DNA of 11,960 nucleotides, taken from assembly GCA_038217285.1 (NCBI GenBank), contig JBBQPO010000190.1:1-11960 (forward strand). The letters run 5' to 3'. The notes under the pieces are model-generated. The model worked only from the letters and a program-made list of their open reading frames with translations. It was not told the DNA's origin and made no database searches. Made by a program: the position numbers and the translations under genes. Below, piece after piece: positions 1-8,314 of this stretch. How positions within the stretch are numbered: position 1 is the first letter of the stretch; each line of letters begins with the position of its first letter. The stretch is from Chthonomonadales bacterium (GTDB lineage: Bacteria > Armatimonadota > Chthonomonadetes > Chthonomonadales > Chthonomonadaceae).

Positions 1-220
1 CGTGGAAGCAGCGCCCTCTGCGGCTGTTTCCACGCCTTCTAAGGCGGCTTAGAACCGAGGGGCGACAAAAACCGACTGACAATGAACCCGCTCAGCAATG
101 CCGGGGCGTTCGGCAACGTCGGCTTGTAGTCTAAACGTCAATCATTAGAGCTAGGGTTTCCGATCTCAAATCTTCTGGGAGCGCCGTCTCGGACGGGAGA
201 AAATAGTCTAAACGTCAATA
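1..220. mobile_element. Putative end of an insertion sequence/transposon, family undetermined
   Basis: Hairpins at 1-34 (CGTGGAAGCAGC...GCTGTTTCCACG) and 37-54 (TTCTAAG-GCGG-CTTAGAA). A + frame (2-52) ends ...VEAAPSAAVSTPSKAA*, possibly a transposase C-terminus. Two exact copies of TAGTCTAAACGTCAAT, the second abutting a 5'-truncated gene. Confidence 0.5.
127..219 (+). repeat. Two exact 16-bp direct repeats TAGTCTAAACGTCAAT (127-142, 204-219)
   Basis: Read directly; starts are 77 bp apart. Confidence 0.9.
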
Positions 221-1034
221 TATACTCAAAGGGGACGTACAAACCTCTCGGTACAAAGATTATCGGGCTCCAACACAAGACAGGATGAAATCACCGATTT
301 ACGATATGTGTACAAATACCTGCTGGCTCCCTAACCGACAGGGAAAGTTCTGCAAACCTTCAGAGATAAGCCTACTTGAACTGCCAAGCGGGTGGGAAAA
401 TCTCTCAGATAATGCGAAAATTCTTTCTGAGGCCCTTGACATGAAGCGTGTCGATGCCTTCGAAAAAGAACGGGAAACTCAAGAGTTCGAAGAGTTTAAG
501 CGACTACGGCAGGAATTTCTGGCATGGAAAAGGCGTCAATTATCTCTACCGGAGGGTGAGGAGATTTCGGATGAACGCGCCGCAAAACTTGCGGAAAGCC
601 AGAAGCAGTCTCCTGATGTAAAATATCAGATGAGGTTACGTTCTGTACGAACCTCTTCACAGGACCTGCGCGAAACAGATAGACGCTACCTGATGGAATA
701 TTGTGAAAATGCGGATGGACAGATGTTTTGCCAGATCTGCTGTGATGAGATGCCATTCAAAATCCGCGGTGAGTATTATTTCGAGGCAACTCGCTTTCTA
801 AAGGTGAATGTCCAGGATATAATACGCAATAAAATTGCTTTGTGCCCGATATGTGCGGCAAAATGGCTATACGCTAACCCTCATACTCCAGATGAGATTT
901 TTCAAAAACTTATGCTCTGCAGTAACGGTACGATTGATGTGACGCTTGCCGGGAAGGCTGAAACCGTTCGCTTCTTTGGCAAGCAACTCGGCGATTTAAG
1001 AGCGGCACTTCGCGGATTGCCGAGCGAAGAATAG
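219..1034 (+). pseudogene. 5'-truncated C-terminal part of a large, probably sacsin-like/HATPase protein with a C-terminal Zn-binding HNH-like domain (track ORF 285-1034)
   Basis: The frame is open upstream of ATG 285 back to TAG 204-206 inside the repeat (YILKGDVQTSRYKDYRAPTQDR-MKS). Motifs WLPNRQGKFCKPSEISLLELP, YLMEYCENADGQMFCQICCDEMPFK, YYFEA and NKIALCPICAAKW resemble C-termini of sacsin-like ATP-binding proteins. Low GC (23/60 at 781-840). Confidence 0.6.
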
Positions 1035-1070
1035 ATCCGGAAATTCTGTGTGTTTCCTGTTAAGGGATGC

Positions 1071-1355
1071 GCCAAAGAGTGGCGTACCGACCGCATGATG
1101 CGCAAACTCAAAGCCATGATGATCGTGACGGATGGCACGACCATCTACATCCTCTCCGGCGACGGCAACGTGGTCGAGCCGGACGACGGCGTCGCGGCCA
1201 TCGGCTCCGGCGGCATGTTCGCCTCCGCGGCCGCCAAAGCCCTGGTGAAAAACACGACGATGATCGCCCGTGAGATCGTGCAGGAAGCCATGCGTATCGC
1301 CGCCGAAATCTGCATCTACACCAACGACCGCATCACTGTCGATTCGCTCCCCTAA
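1071..1355 (+). pseudogene. hslV: 3' half of HslV (ClpQ) protease subunit gene; N-terminal half including catalytic Thr1 absent
   Basis: AKEWRTDR..RKL..M, VVEPDDGVAAIGSGG..A.AAAKAL and AMRIAAEICIYTN are hallmark HslV motifs. Homology begins abruptly at about 1071 with unrelated AT-rich sequence upstream. Confidence 0.9.
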
Positions 1356-1390
1356 TCCCGTTGCAGCCCTTGGCTGAGCAGACCGGAAGG

Positions 1391-2011
1391 TTAGGGCGTC
1401 TCCATCCAGCGCACCTTTTCCGAGAGTGGGCGGCGCTCGCCTTCCGGCCAGGGGATGGCGGGCCAGCCGAGGAAGAAGAAGCCGAGCAGGCGCGACGGCG
1501 GCTTCAGCCCGACGAACTCGGCGACATGCGGGTGAATGAAGACGTTTTTGGAGAGCCACATTCCCGCCAGTCCCATCGCATTGGCGACGAGATGCAGGTT
1601 CTGCACGGCGCAGCCGACCGCGATCACCTCATCCTCTTCCGTCATTTGAAGGGAGCCGTCGGGCCGAAGCCCGGGCGTCATCCCGATAGAGATCCAGACG
1701 GGCGCCCCCAGCGCCCGCGCACGGTTCGCCTCGAACGTCGCCTGCTTGAAACCCTGCTCGCCCGCCTCCAGACGATACGCATCCGCAAACGCATCTCCCA
1801 GGGCTTGACGGCTCTCACCGGTGTAGACGGTGAGGCGCCAGGGCTCCGTCTCGCCATGACTCGGCGCCCAGTCCGCCGCCCGCAGCGCCTTCTCGATCAA
1901 GCTCCTGTCCACTGGCTTGTCCGGATGAACGCGCGCGATGCCCAGGCTGCGCCGGTTGGCGATCGCCTCGCAGAGCAGATCCACTTGTTCACTATCGAAG
2001 GGGTACGGCAT
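1391..2011 (-). CDS. Nitroreductase family protein (YdjA-like FMN-dependent oxidoreductase)
   Basis: AIANRRS, AADWAPSHGETEPWR, AVGCAVQNLHLVANAMGLAGMW and LLGFFFLG motifs; AAGGAG RBS upstream of ATG 2011. Confidence 0.9.
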   Translation of the reverse strand: MPYPFDSEQVDLLCEAIANRRSLGIARVHPDKPVDRSLIEKALRAADWAPSHGETEPWRLTVYTGESRQALGDAFADAYRLEAGEQGFKQATFEANRARALGAPVWISIGMTPGLRPDGSLQMTEEDEVIAVGCAVQNLHLVANAMGLAGMWLSKNVFIHPHVAEFVGLKPPSRLLGFFFLGWPAIPWPEGERRPLSEKVRWMETP

Positions 2012-2107
2012 CGCAAATCTCCTTTTTCCGCCTGTTCCGGTCGGCCCGATAGGAATATGATGACACGGCAGAGCGTGTATCGTCTATGTTCAGGCGAATC
2101 ATTTCCC

Positions 2108-2160
2108 AACAAAAGATCAGACCTGCCCTCGCTGCTGCGGCAGGAGGTCAGGTCTGATTT
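2108..2160 (-). terminator. Probable intrinsic terminator of the PEP-CTERM gene
   Basis: Inverted repeat AGATCAGACCTGCCCTC (2114-2130) / GAGGTCAGGTCTGATTT (2144-2160), followed by TTTGTT on the minus strand, about 22 bp after the stop. Confidence 0.65.
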
Positions 2161-2182
2161 CGAGAGAGCCGGTTTTACGCTG

Positions 2183-3130
2183 TCAGCGGCGCGAGCGACG
2201 GCGACGCAGCAGGCCCACGCCGACGACACCACCGCTAACCAGAAGCCCGACAGCGCCGGGTTCGGGAGTGCTCGGGGCAAACGCGATGAAGTACGGCCCA
2301 TTCACGCCATCGGCAGCGGAGGCAAAGAGCGTCCCGTTGCCCCCGCCCGGACCGAACTTCTCGACCGTGTTGTTGCTGGCATTCGCTGCGTAGAGATTGC
2401 CGCTGCGGTCGAAAGCGATGCCAATGGGACCGTTCAGACCGTTGGCGGCGTTTGCGAAGGTGGTGGGAGAGCCGCCGCCCAGGGCAAACTCCAGAATCGT
2501 GTTGCCAACGTTGTTCGCCTCATACAGGTTGCCCGCGCTGTCGAAAGCCAGACCGACCGGACTGCTGATGCCGTTCGTGGCGTTGGCGACTACCGTGGAG
2601 GAGCCGCCGCTGGGGGCGAACTTCAGGAGGGTGTTGTCGCCGTTGCCGGCCACGTAGACATTGCCCACCCCATCGACGATAACTCCCGCCGGACCGTTCA
2701 GACTACTGGCAAAAACGGTAGGGGTTCCGCCGCCCGGCGCAAACTTTAGGATATTGTTGTTGTTGAAGTTGGCCTCGTAGAGGTTGCCGGCATTGTCGAA
2801 CGAAATCCCGAGCGGCCGGTTCAAGCCGTTTGTGGCGGTGGCGAAGACGGTCGGTGATCCGCCGCCCGGTGCATACTTTAAGATCGTGTTCGTTGTCTCG
2901 TTCGCCACATAGAGGTTGCCCCCACTGTCGAATGCAAGCCCAGTCGGGCCGCTCACACTGTTCGCGAATACGGAGCCGGCGCCGCCGCTGGGCGCGAACT
3001 TCCGAATGGTGTTGTCGCCGTGGTCCGACAGATAGAGGCTCTGGGCATGGGCCCTCCGTGCTGTGCCGTGGGCGCTCAAGGCGAACCCGATACCAAGAAC
3101 AAAGAGACCGCGAATGCATCGATTAGTCAT
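2183..3130 (-). CDS. PEP-CTERM sorted surface protein with six NHL-type beta-propeller repeats (315 aa)
   Basis: Start MTNRC at 3130 with GAGG RBS; signal peptide ending AHA-Q; six repeats NLYxAN..N.I.KFAP.GG...FA....GP.G.AFD; C-terminal TPEPGAVGLLVSGGVVGVGLLRRRRSRR. The track start at 3331 is probably too far upstream. Confidence 0.9.
   Translation of the reverse strand: MTNRCIRGLFVLGIGFALSAHGTARRAHAQSLYLSDHGDNTIRKFAPSGGAGSVFANSVSGPTGLAFDSGGNLYVANETTNTILKYAPGGGSPTVFATATNGLNRPLGISFDNAGNLYEANFNNNNILKFAPGGGTPTVFASSLNGPAGVIVDGVGNVYVAGNGDNTLLKFAPSGGSSTVVANATNGISSPVGLAFDSAGNLYEANNVGNTILEFALGGGSPTTFANAANGLNGPIGIAFDRSGNLYAANASNNTVEKFGPGGGNGTLFASAADGVNGPYFIAFAPSTPEPGAVGLLVSGGVVGVGLLRRRRSRR
2270..3043 (-). 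repeat. Six intragenic 42-44 aa NHL-like repeats
   Basis: Aligned by eye from the translation. Confidence 0.85.
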
Positions 3131-3329
3131 AAGACCTCTTTCTTGAAGACACTGGGAACTCTCCCTTGCATGTTTCCCAATCCGTAAACAGTGCGAGCCG
3201 GCAAATCCGGACAAAATTTCTCGCAGGGAGACGCCTATGTCTTCCTGGCGCAAACTTAGCCATCGGACCCCGCCACTGGGGAAGGCCGTCTCTGGAGCAG
3301 GTTTCTGCCTGATCCCGCTTTTCCGATGC

Positions 3330-3362
3330 AAAGAGAGGGGAGTCGAAACCGACTCCCCTCTC
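3330..3362 (-). terminator. Perfect 13-bp hairpin in the 5' leader of the PEP-CTERM gene; possible attenuator/terminator
   Basis: GAGAGGGGAGTCG (3333-3345) / CGACTCCCCTCTC (3350-3362), 4-nt loop, only a short TTT on the minus strand. Confidence 0.5.
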
Positions 3363-3855
3363 CAACCATTTCAGGCAACCCTGCCGACCGAGTTGATGGG
3401 ATAAAATTCAAGCAGGAATCTGCTGTCCCCAACACGAAAGGCAGAGAATGTCTGAATGCTCGTGGACAGTAGAAAATCGCGTTCGTATCACGGACAAGGT
3501 GTCTGAACGATGTCAATCTCCTCGCATAACCCTACCTTTTCGCTTCTGCTCGGACGTTCATAGTGGCAGAGATGTCATCCTTCCCATGGGGATGCGACAC
3601 CGAATTTCATGCGACGGTCCACACAGCCAACCACCTTAAACCACTGTCCGAATTCCTGGGGTCAGTATAGATGGCCACAGACCCATGTTGCCTTATCCCC
3701 CATCAAGCTTTTCAAAGGCTGAGCCTTTGAGCAGAGCAGGAGTTCTGTGCAACTGTGACGAACCTTGTAGCGGGCACCACCATAGATGGTGTCCGTTTCT
3801 ATCTTCTGTTCGATGTCAACGCTTTCATGCTTTCTCGCTATAAGGCAGGTGTGTT

Positions 3856-5541
3856 ATGACTTCTCGCTTTTGGGTTCGAGGCCGAATCCTCTTGCTGCTG
3901 AGTATGCTGCTCTCCGTCTGTGCAGGGGCGGCACCCCGCTCGGAACCGGCCCCTCTCGGCACGGTGGCAGCGCCCACGATGCACCGGCACTGGCTCTTTG
4001 TGTGGCGGGATATGAGCGATCCCAAAGAGGTGGATCGCATGATCGCCCGTTTCCCACGAGCGCAGGCGGACGGTTACAACGGGGTGGTCTTCTCTCCTAA
4101 TATCCCTCCCGCCAAAGCGCCCGAGCTGCGGCAGGCTGCGAAGAAGTACGGCCTGGATCTCGTCGCCATCGTCATGGGCAACTCGCATGACCGGAACTAC
4201 ACGGAGGGTGTGCTCTCCCAGGACGCGCTGTTTGTCCCCCACGACGGCGTCGCCACCTTTCACCCGGACAACCCGACGCGTGTCCTGAATGCGGACTTCG
4301 AGGAGGCGGGCGGCAACCACTTCAAACGTTGGGGATTTCAGGACGATGAGGGCGTGACCACCTTCGCCGACCATGACGTCGTGCACGGCGGCAAGACCTC
4401 GCTGCGCATGGAGAGCATCGGCAAGAACGAGGCCCGGCACGCGCGCATCATGCAGCCGCTCGCGCTGCAGCCGCACCGTCAGTATCGGCTCTCCTTCTGG
4501 GTCAAGACCGAGAACATGGTTCCCGCCGACCCGGAGGTCAAAGTGCTGACCGCCGATTCCGGACGCTCCCTCTGTTTTCAGACTTTCCACGCCGAAAAGA
4601 CCCAGGACTGGACCCACTACGACCTGGTCTTCAACAGCCTCGACAACAGCAAGGGCCTGCTCTATGTCGGCTCCTGGAACGGTAAGGACGGCAAGCTCTG
4701 GTGGGACGACCTGACCTGCGAAGAGGTCGGTCTGGTCAATGTGCTGCGCCGACCGGGCTGCCCGGTGACGGTGCGCGCGGAGAACGGCACGGTCTATGCG
4801 GAGGGCCAGGACTACGTCAAAGTCGTCGATCCCCAACTCCATCCCTATCGCGCCTATCACGAGCCGCCTGCGATCAAATTGACCCCGAATTCGCGCATCC
4901 ACGAGGGCGACCGCCTGCGGGTGAGCTACTATCATCCCCTCATCGTCTACGAGGAGCGCATCACGAGTTGCCTCAGCGAACCCAAGATCTTCACGGAGTG
5001 GCAGGAGGACGTAAAGAAGGCGAACGACCTGCTGCACCCGGCCGCCTTCCTGATGTCGCACGACGAGTTGCGCGTGGTCAATCAGTGCTTGCTCTGCCAG
5101 AGCAAGCACATGACGCCCGGCCAACTGCTGGCCTGGAACGTCCATAAGGCCGCGCAGATCATTCGCGACATTCGCCCGGATGCGGGCATCTGGGTCTGGA
5201 ACGATATGTTCGACCCTCTCCACAACGCGGTCGATCACTTCTACGCGGTGAACGGCCCCCTGAAAGGCTCCTGGCTGGGCCTCGACAAAGACGTCGGCAT
5301 CGTCAACTGGCACGGCGGGCTACTGGGCAAGAACGCGAAGTTCTTTGCTGATCTGGGCCTGAAACAGATCCTCTCCGGCTACTACGATGGCGATGAAGAC
5401 GGCGCAGCGATCACGAAGTGGATCGACAATACACGGACCATTCCCGGCATCGACGGCGCGATGTACACCACCTGGGAGGATCGCTACGACGCCATGGACC
5501 GATGGGCGCAGAAGGCCTGGGGCAGTGGCAAAACGCGCTGA
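3856..5541 (+). CDS. Secreted glycoside hydrolase-like protein: CBM4/9-like carbohydrate-binding domain plus GH20-like TIM barrel
   Basis: Signal peptide (RGRILLLLSMLLSVCAGA); CBM-like NADFE...VVHGGKTSLRM...QYRLSFWVKT...LWWDDL; GH20-like MSHDELR, VWNDMFDP, IVNW and GAMYTTW. Confidence 0.7.
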   Translation: MTSRFWVRGRILLLLSMLLSVCAGAAPRSEPAPLGTVAAPTMHRHWLFVWRDMSDPKEVDRMIARFPRAQADGYNGVVFSPNIPPAKAPELRQAAKKYGLDLVAIVMGNSHDRNYTEGVLSQDALFVPHDGVATFHPDNPTRVLNADFEEAGGNHFKRWGFQDDEGVTTFADHDVVHGGKTSLRMESIGKNEARHARIMQPLALQPHRQYRLSFWVKTENMVPADPEVKVLTADSGRSLCFQTFHAEKTQDWTHYDLVFNSLDNSKGLLYVGSWNGKDGKLWWDDLTCEEVGLVNVLRRPGCPVTVRAENGTVYAEGQDYVKVVDPQLHPYRAYHEPPAIKLTPNSRIHEGDRLRVSYYHPLIVYEERITSCLSEPKIFTEWQEDVKKANDLLHPAAFLMSHDELRVVNQCLLCQSKHMTPGQLLAWNVHKAAQIIRDIRPDAGIWVWNDMFDPLHNAVDHFYAVNGPLKGSWLGLDKDVGIVNWHGGLLGKNAKFFADLGLKQILSGYYDGDEDGAAITKWIDNTRTIPGIDGAMYTTWEDRYDAMDRWAQKAWGSGKTR

Positions 5542-5635
5542 AGGGCCAACGCTCTAACATAATGCAGGAGGAAAACCGGGTCCGATAAGTGAACGGGATA
5601 AAGGTTGTTCGTCAGTTGTACTCTGGAGGTTCCTG

Positions 5636-8266
5636 TTGAACTTACCTGGCGGAACGGTCACCTTTCTTTTTACGGACATCGAGAACAGCTCAAAGCTCTG
5701 GGAGACTCAACCGGAGGCGATGGCTGTCGCACTGGCACGCCACGACGTGTTGCTACGAGAGGCCATCGAAGCCAACAAGGGTGTCGTCTTCAAAACGGTT
5801 GGAGACGCTTTCTGCTCAGTCTTCGCCTCCCCACTGGACGCCTTGAACGCTGCCACAGAAGCCCAGGGTCGCCTGTCGGCCGAACCGTGGGATGAGGCCA
5901 CAGCGGGAATCAAGGTGCGCATGGGGATGCATGTCGGCGCACCCGAATGTCGCGAGGGAGACTATGTCGGCCCGTCCGTAAATCGTGTCGCCCGTGTCTG
6001 TGAGCTCGGTCATGGCGGACAGATCCTCGTCACGCAGGCGGTTCATGAGATGGTCGGGGAACTCGCGCCGAAACAGGTCACCTTCCGCAGTCTGAACGCC
6101 TGGCGCCTCAAAGGGATGTCCCGGCCCGAAACGATCTATCAGATCGAAGCCCCCGGCCTTCCCACGGACTTTCCGCCCCTCCGCTCTGTCACCGAAACTG
6201 TCGGCAACCTCCCCGAGATTCTCGCCTCTTTTGTGGGCCGCGAAGCGGAGATGCGTGAGATTACGCGGCGTTTAGAGAGGCAGAAACTGCTGACGCTGCG
6301 CGGCGCGGGCGGATGCGGCAAAACGCGACTGGCCATCGAGTCGGCCCGCTCCCTGGCGATCGACTATCCGGGCGGGGTCTGGCTCGTGCGGCTGGAGGCC
6401 CTGACGGATTCCGAACGGATCGCGGGTGAAGTTGCACGTACGCTCCGGCTCTATGTACCTGCAGAACAGACGGTCGAGCAGGCTCTCGCCGCCCGTCTGA
6501 GCGAACGCCCCACCCTGCTTATGCTGGATAACTGTGAGCACCTGCGGGCCGGGTGTGCACGCTTTGCGCATGCGCTTCTCTCGACCTGCCCGGATCTTCG
6601 TATTCTGGCGACGAGCCGCGAATCCCTGGGCGTACCGGGCGAACAAATTTTCGAAGTCTCTCCGCTGCGGCTGCCGAATCGGTCCGTGCGGCCTGCTCTC
6701 GCCATGCTGCGCGCCAGCGAAGCCGTGCAGCTCTTTACCGCGCGCGCCGAGGCCGGCTCCGGATTTGCGCTGACCCGAGAGAATGCAGCGGCGGTGGCGG
6801 AGATCTGCCGCGCCCTTGATGGCATTCCGCTGGCGCTGGAGCTTGCCGCCCGCTGGGTCGGGATACTGCCACTGGACGATATCGCCCGCGAACTGAGCGA
6901 TCTCATCAACGAGCCGCCGGACGACCTCGGCATTATCCCTGCGCGTCAGCAGACGATGCGCGCAACCGTGGACTGGAGCTTCAACCGCCTCGAGCCCGAT
7001 GCACAGGCGCTCTTCCTGAACCTCGCCGTGTTCGTCGGCGGCTTCACCCTCGAAGCGGCGCGCGCCATGAATACCGCCCCGGACCACAGCCCGACCCATG
7101 TTTTGCGTCTGCTCAAGGGCCTCGTAGATAGATCGTTCGTCTTCTTCGATGAGAACGCCCTACCCGATCCGCGCTACCGGCTGTTGGAGCCGGTTCGCGA
7201 AGTCGCGGTCGAGAAGCTATTAGCCGCAGAGAGGGAGAGCGCCGTACGGGATCAACACCGAGACTGGTTTCTCTCCTACGCCATACACGCTGATTCTGAA
7301 CTTCAGGGCACCCAGCAGGCCCTCTGGCTGGACCGAGTCGAGGCCGACCAGGACAATTTCCGCGCCGCGCTCAAGTGGTCCATTGATCCGAAAACTCGGC
7401 TCCGTCTGGCGCTGGCGCTGCACCGCTATTGGCTTAGACGGGGTCCGGCCGTCGAAGCCCGTGCCTGGCTGGAAGGCGCACTCGCGCAGGCCGCAGGAAT
7501 TGAGGAGAGAGAGCGTGCCAGGACTCTCAACATTCTCGGTATCCTTGCCTGGACACAAGGCGAGATCGAGTCGGCAAAGCGATTCTATGAGGAGAGCCTT
7601 GCGATCTGGAAGCGGATGGACGTTCTGCCTGAGACAGCGATGTTGCTTAACAATATGGCTATGATTGCGCGGTATGAGAAAAACTTTTCGCAGGCGACCC
7701 TTCTATATCAGCAGTGCCTTACCATCTATCGCGATCTTAAAGACGATCAGCATATCTGCGCTGTTTTGAACAACCTTGGGGGAGCGCTAAACGATTCAGG
7801 TGACCATGCCGCCGCTCTCCCTCTTTTGGAAGAGAGCCTGCGTCTGCACCGGTCCTGTGCAAACGAGGCGGGTGAGGCCAATGCGCTGTACAACCTGGGC
7901 GACGTGGCGCTCTTTTGCAAACATTATGAGGATGCTGAAAAGCTGTTTATCGAAAGCCTCGATATTTTCGCAAAGCTCGGGGACGGGAAAGGAATTGTCC
8001 TCGCGTGGGTAGCCTTAGCGCCCGTCTATGTTGAGTCAGGACGTTACACAGACGCGGTTATGTTGCTTTCAGCGGCGCATCTGGCCGCAGAAAGCGCTGG
8101 CACACGCCTCTCTCCAGCTACTCAAGTACGTGTTGACAGGACTATTTCAGTCTTAAGAGAAGCCTTACAGCAAGACCAATTCGACCTCACATGGCACGAA
8201 GGTCAGACCACACCCCTCGCTGACATCGTTGCGGGGGTACACCGAGGCGACCTCTCTCATCCTTGA
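5636..8266 (+). CDS. Class III adenylate/guanylate cyclase - STAND (COG3903-type) NTPase - TPR protein
   Basis: TTG start with GGAGG RBS. Cyclase motifs TFLFTDIE, FKTVGDAF, VRMGMHVG, DYVGPSVNRVAR; P-loop GAGGCGKT; Walker B LLMLDNCEHL; ILATSRE; LDGIPLALELAA; C-terminal TPRs (LNNLG..., ALYNLGDVA). Confidence 0.92.
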   Translation: MNLPGGTVTFLFTDIENSSKLWETQPEAMAVALARHDVLLREAIEANKGVVFKTVGDAFCSVFASPLDALNAATEAQGRLSAEPWDEATAGIKVRMGMHVGAPECREGDYVGPSVNRVARVCELGHGGQILVTQAVHEMVGELAPKQVTFRSLNAWRLKGMSRPETIYQIEAPGLPTDFPPLRSVTETVGNLPEILASFVGREAEMREITRRLERQKLLTLRGAGGCGKTRLAIESARSLAIDYPGGVWLVRLEALTDSERIAGEVARTLRLYVPAEQTVEQALAARLSERPTLLMLDNCEHLRAGCARFAHALLSTCPDLRILATSRESLGVPGEQIFEVSPLRLPNRSVRPALAMLRASEAVQLFTARAEAGSGFALTRENAAAVAEICRALDGIPLALELAARWVGILPLDDIARELSDLINEPPDDLGIIPARQQTMRATVDWSFNRLEPDAQALFLNLAVFVGGFTLEAARAMNTAPDHSPTHVLRLLKGLVDRSFVFFDENALPDPRYRLLEPVREVAVEKLLAAERESAVRDQHRDWFLSYAIHADSELQGTQQALWLDRVEADQDNFRAALKWSIDPKTRLRLALALHRYWLRRGPAVEARAWLEGALAQAAGIEERERARTLNILGILAWTQGEIESAKRFYEESLAIWKRMDVLPETAMLLNNMAMIARYEKNFSQATLLYQQCLTIYRDLKDDQHICAVLNNLGGALNDSGDHAAALPLLEESLRLHRSCANEAGEANALYNLGDVALFCKHYEDAEKLFIESLDIFAKLGDGKGIVLAWVALAPVYVESGRYTDAVMLLSAAHLAAESAGTRLSPATQVRVDRTISVLREALQQDQFDLTWHEGQTTPLADIVAGVHRGDLSHP

Positions 8267-8314
8267 GGTCGAACTTATACGACGGTACGTTGGCAGCGTA
8301 CCCGAGGAGAAAAC

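Noticed and set aside
127-219. CRISPR array from the two 16-bp repeats
   Set aside because: Only two copies, repeat too short, 61-bp gap too long, no cas genes in view.
1050-1355. Functional 101-aa HslV from GTG 1050
   Set aside because: The first seven codons are unrelated to HslV, there is no RBS, and catalytic Thr1 with the N-terminal half is missing.
996-2749. Long ORFs 996-1559 (-) and 1361-2749 (+)
   Set aside because: Antisense shadows of hslV, the nitroreductase and the PEP-CTERM gene in GC-rich DNA; no recognisable motifs.
3190-3310. Cobalamin riboswitch on the + strand (GCAAATCCGG, GCCACTGGGGAAGG)
   Set aside because: Only scattered fragments, no B12 box, over 500 bp from the next + gene, and no B12-related gene.
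3333-3362. tRNA/tmRNA fragment suggested by GGTTTCGACTCCC
   Set aside because: Geometry is a 13-bp stem with a 4-nt loop, not a T-arm; no cloverleaf.
3250-3430. ydaO/c-di-AMP or SAM-I riboswitch
   Set aside because: Partial look-alike words only; conserved 5' cores not found. A covariance-model search is needed to exclude them fully.
3448-3639. 63-aa ORF and other short ORFs in the 3131-3855 intergenic region
   Set aside because: No clear RBS, atypical composition and no recognisable motif.
3838-5313. 491-aa minus-strand ORF
   Set aside because: Antisense shadow of the glycoside hydrolase gene.
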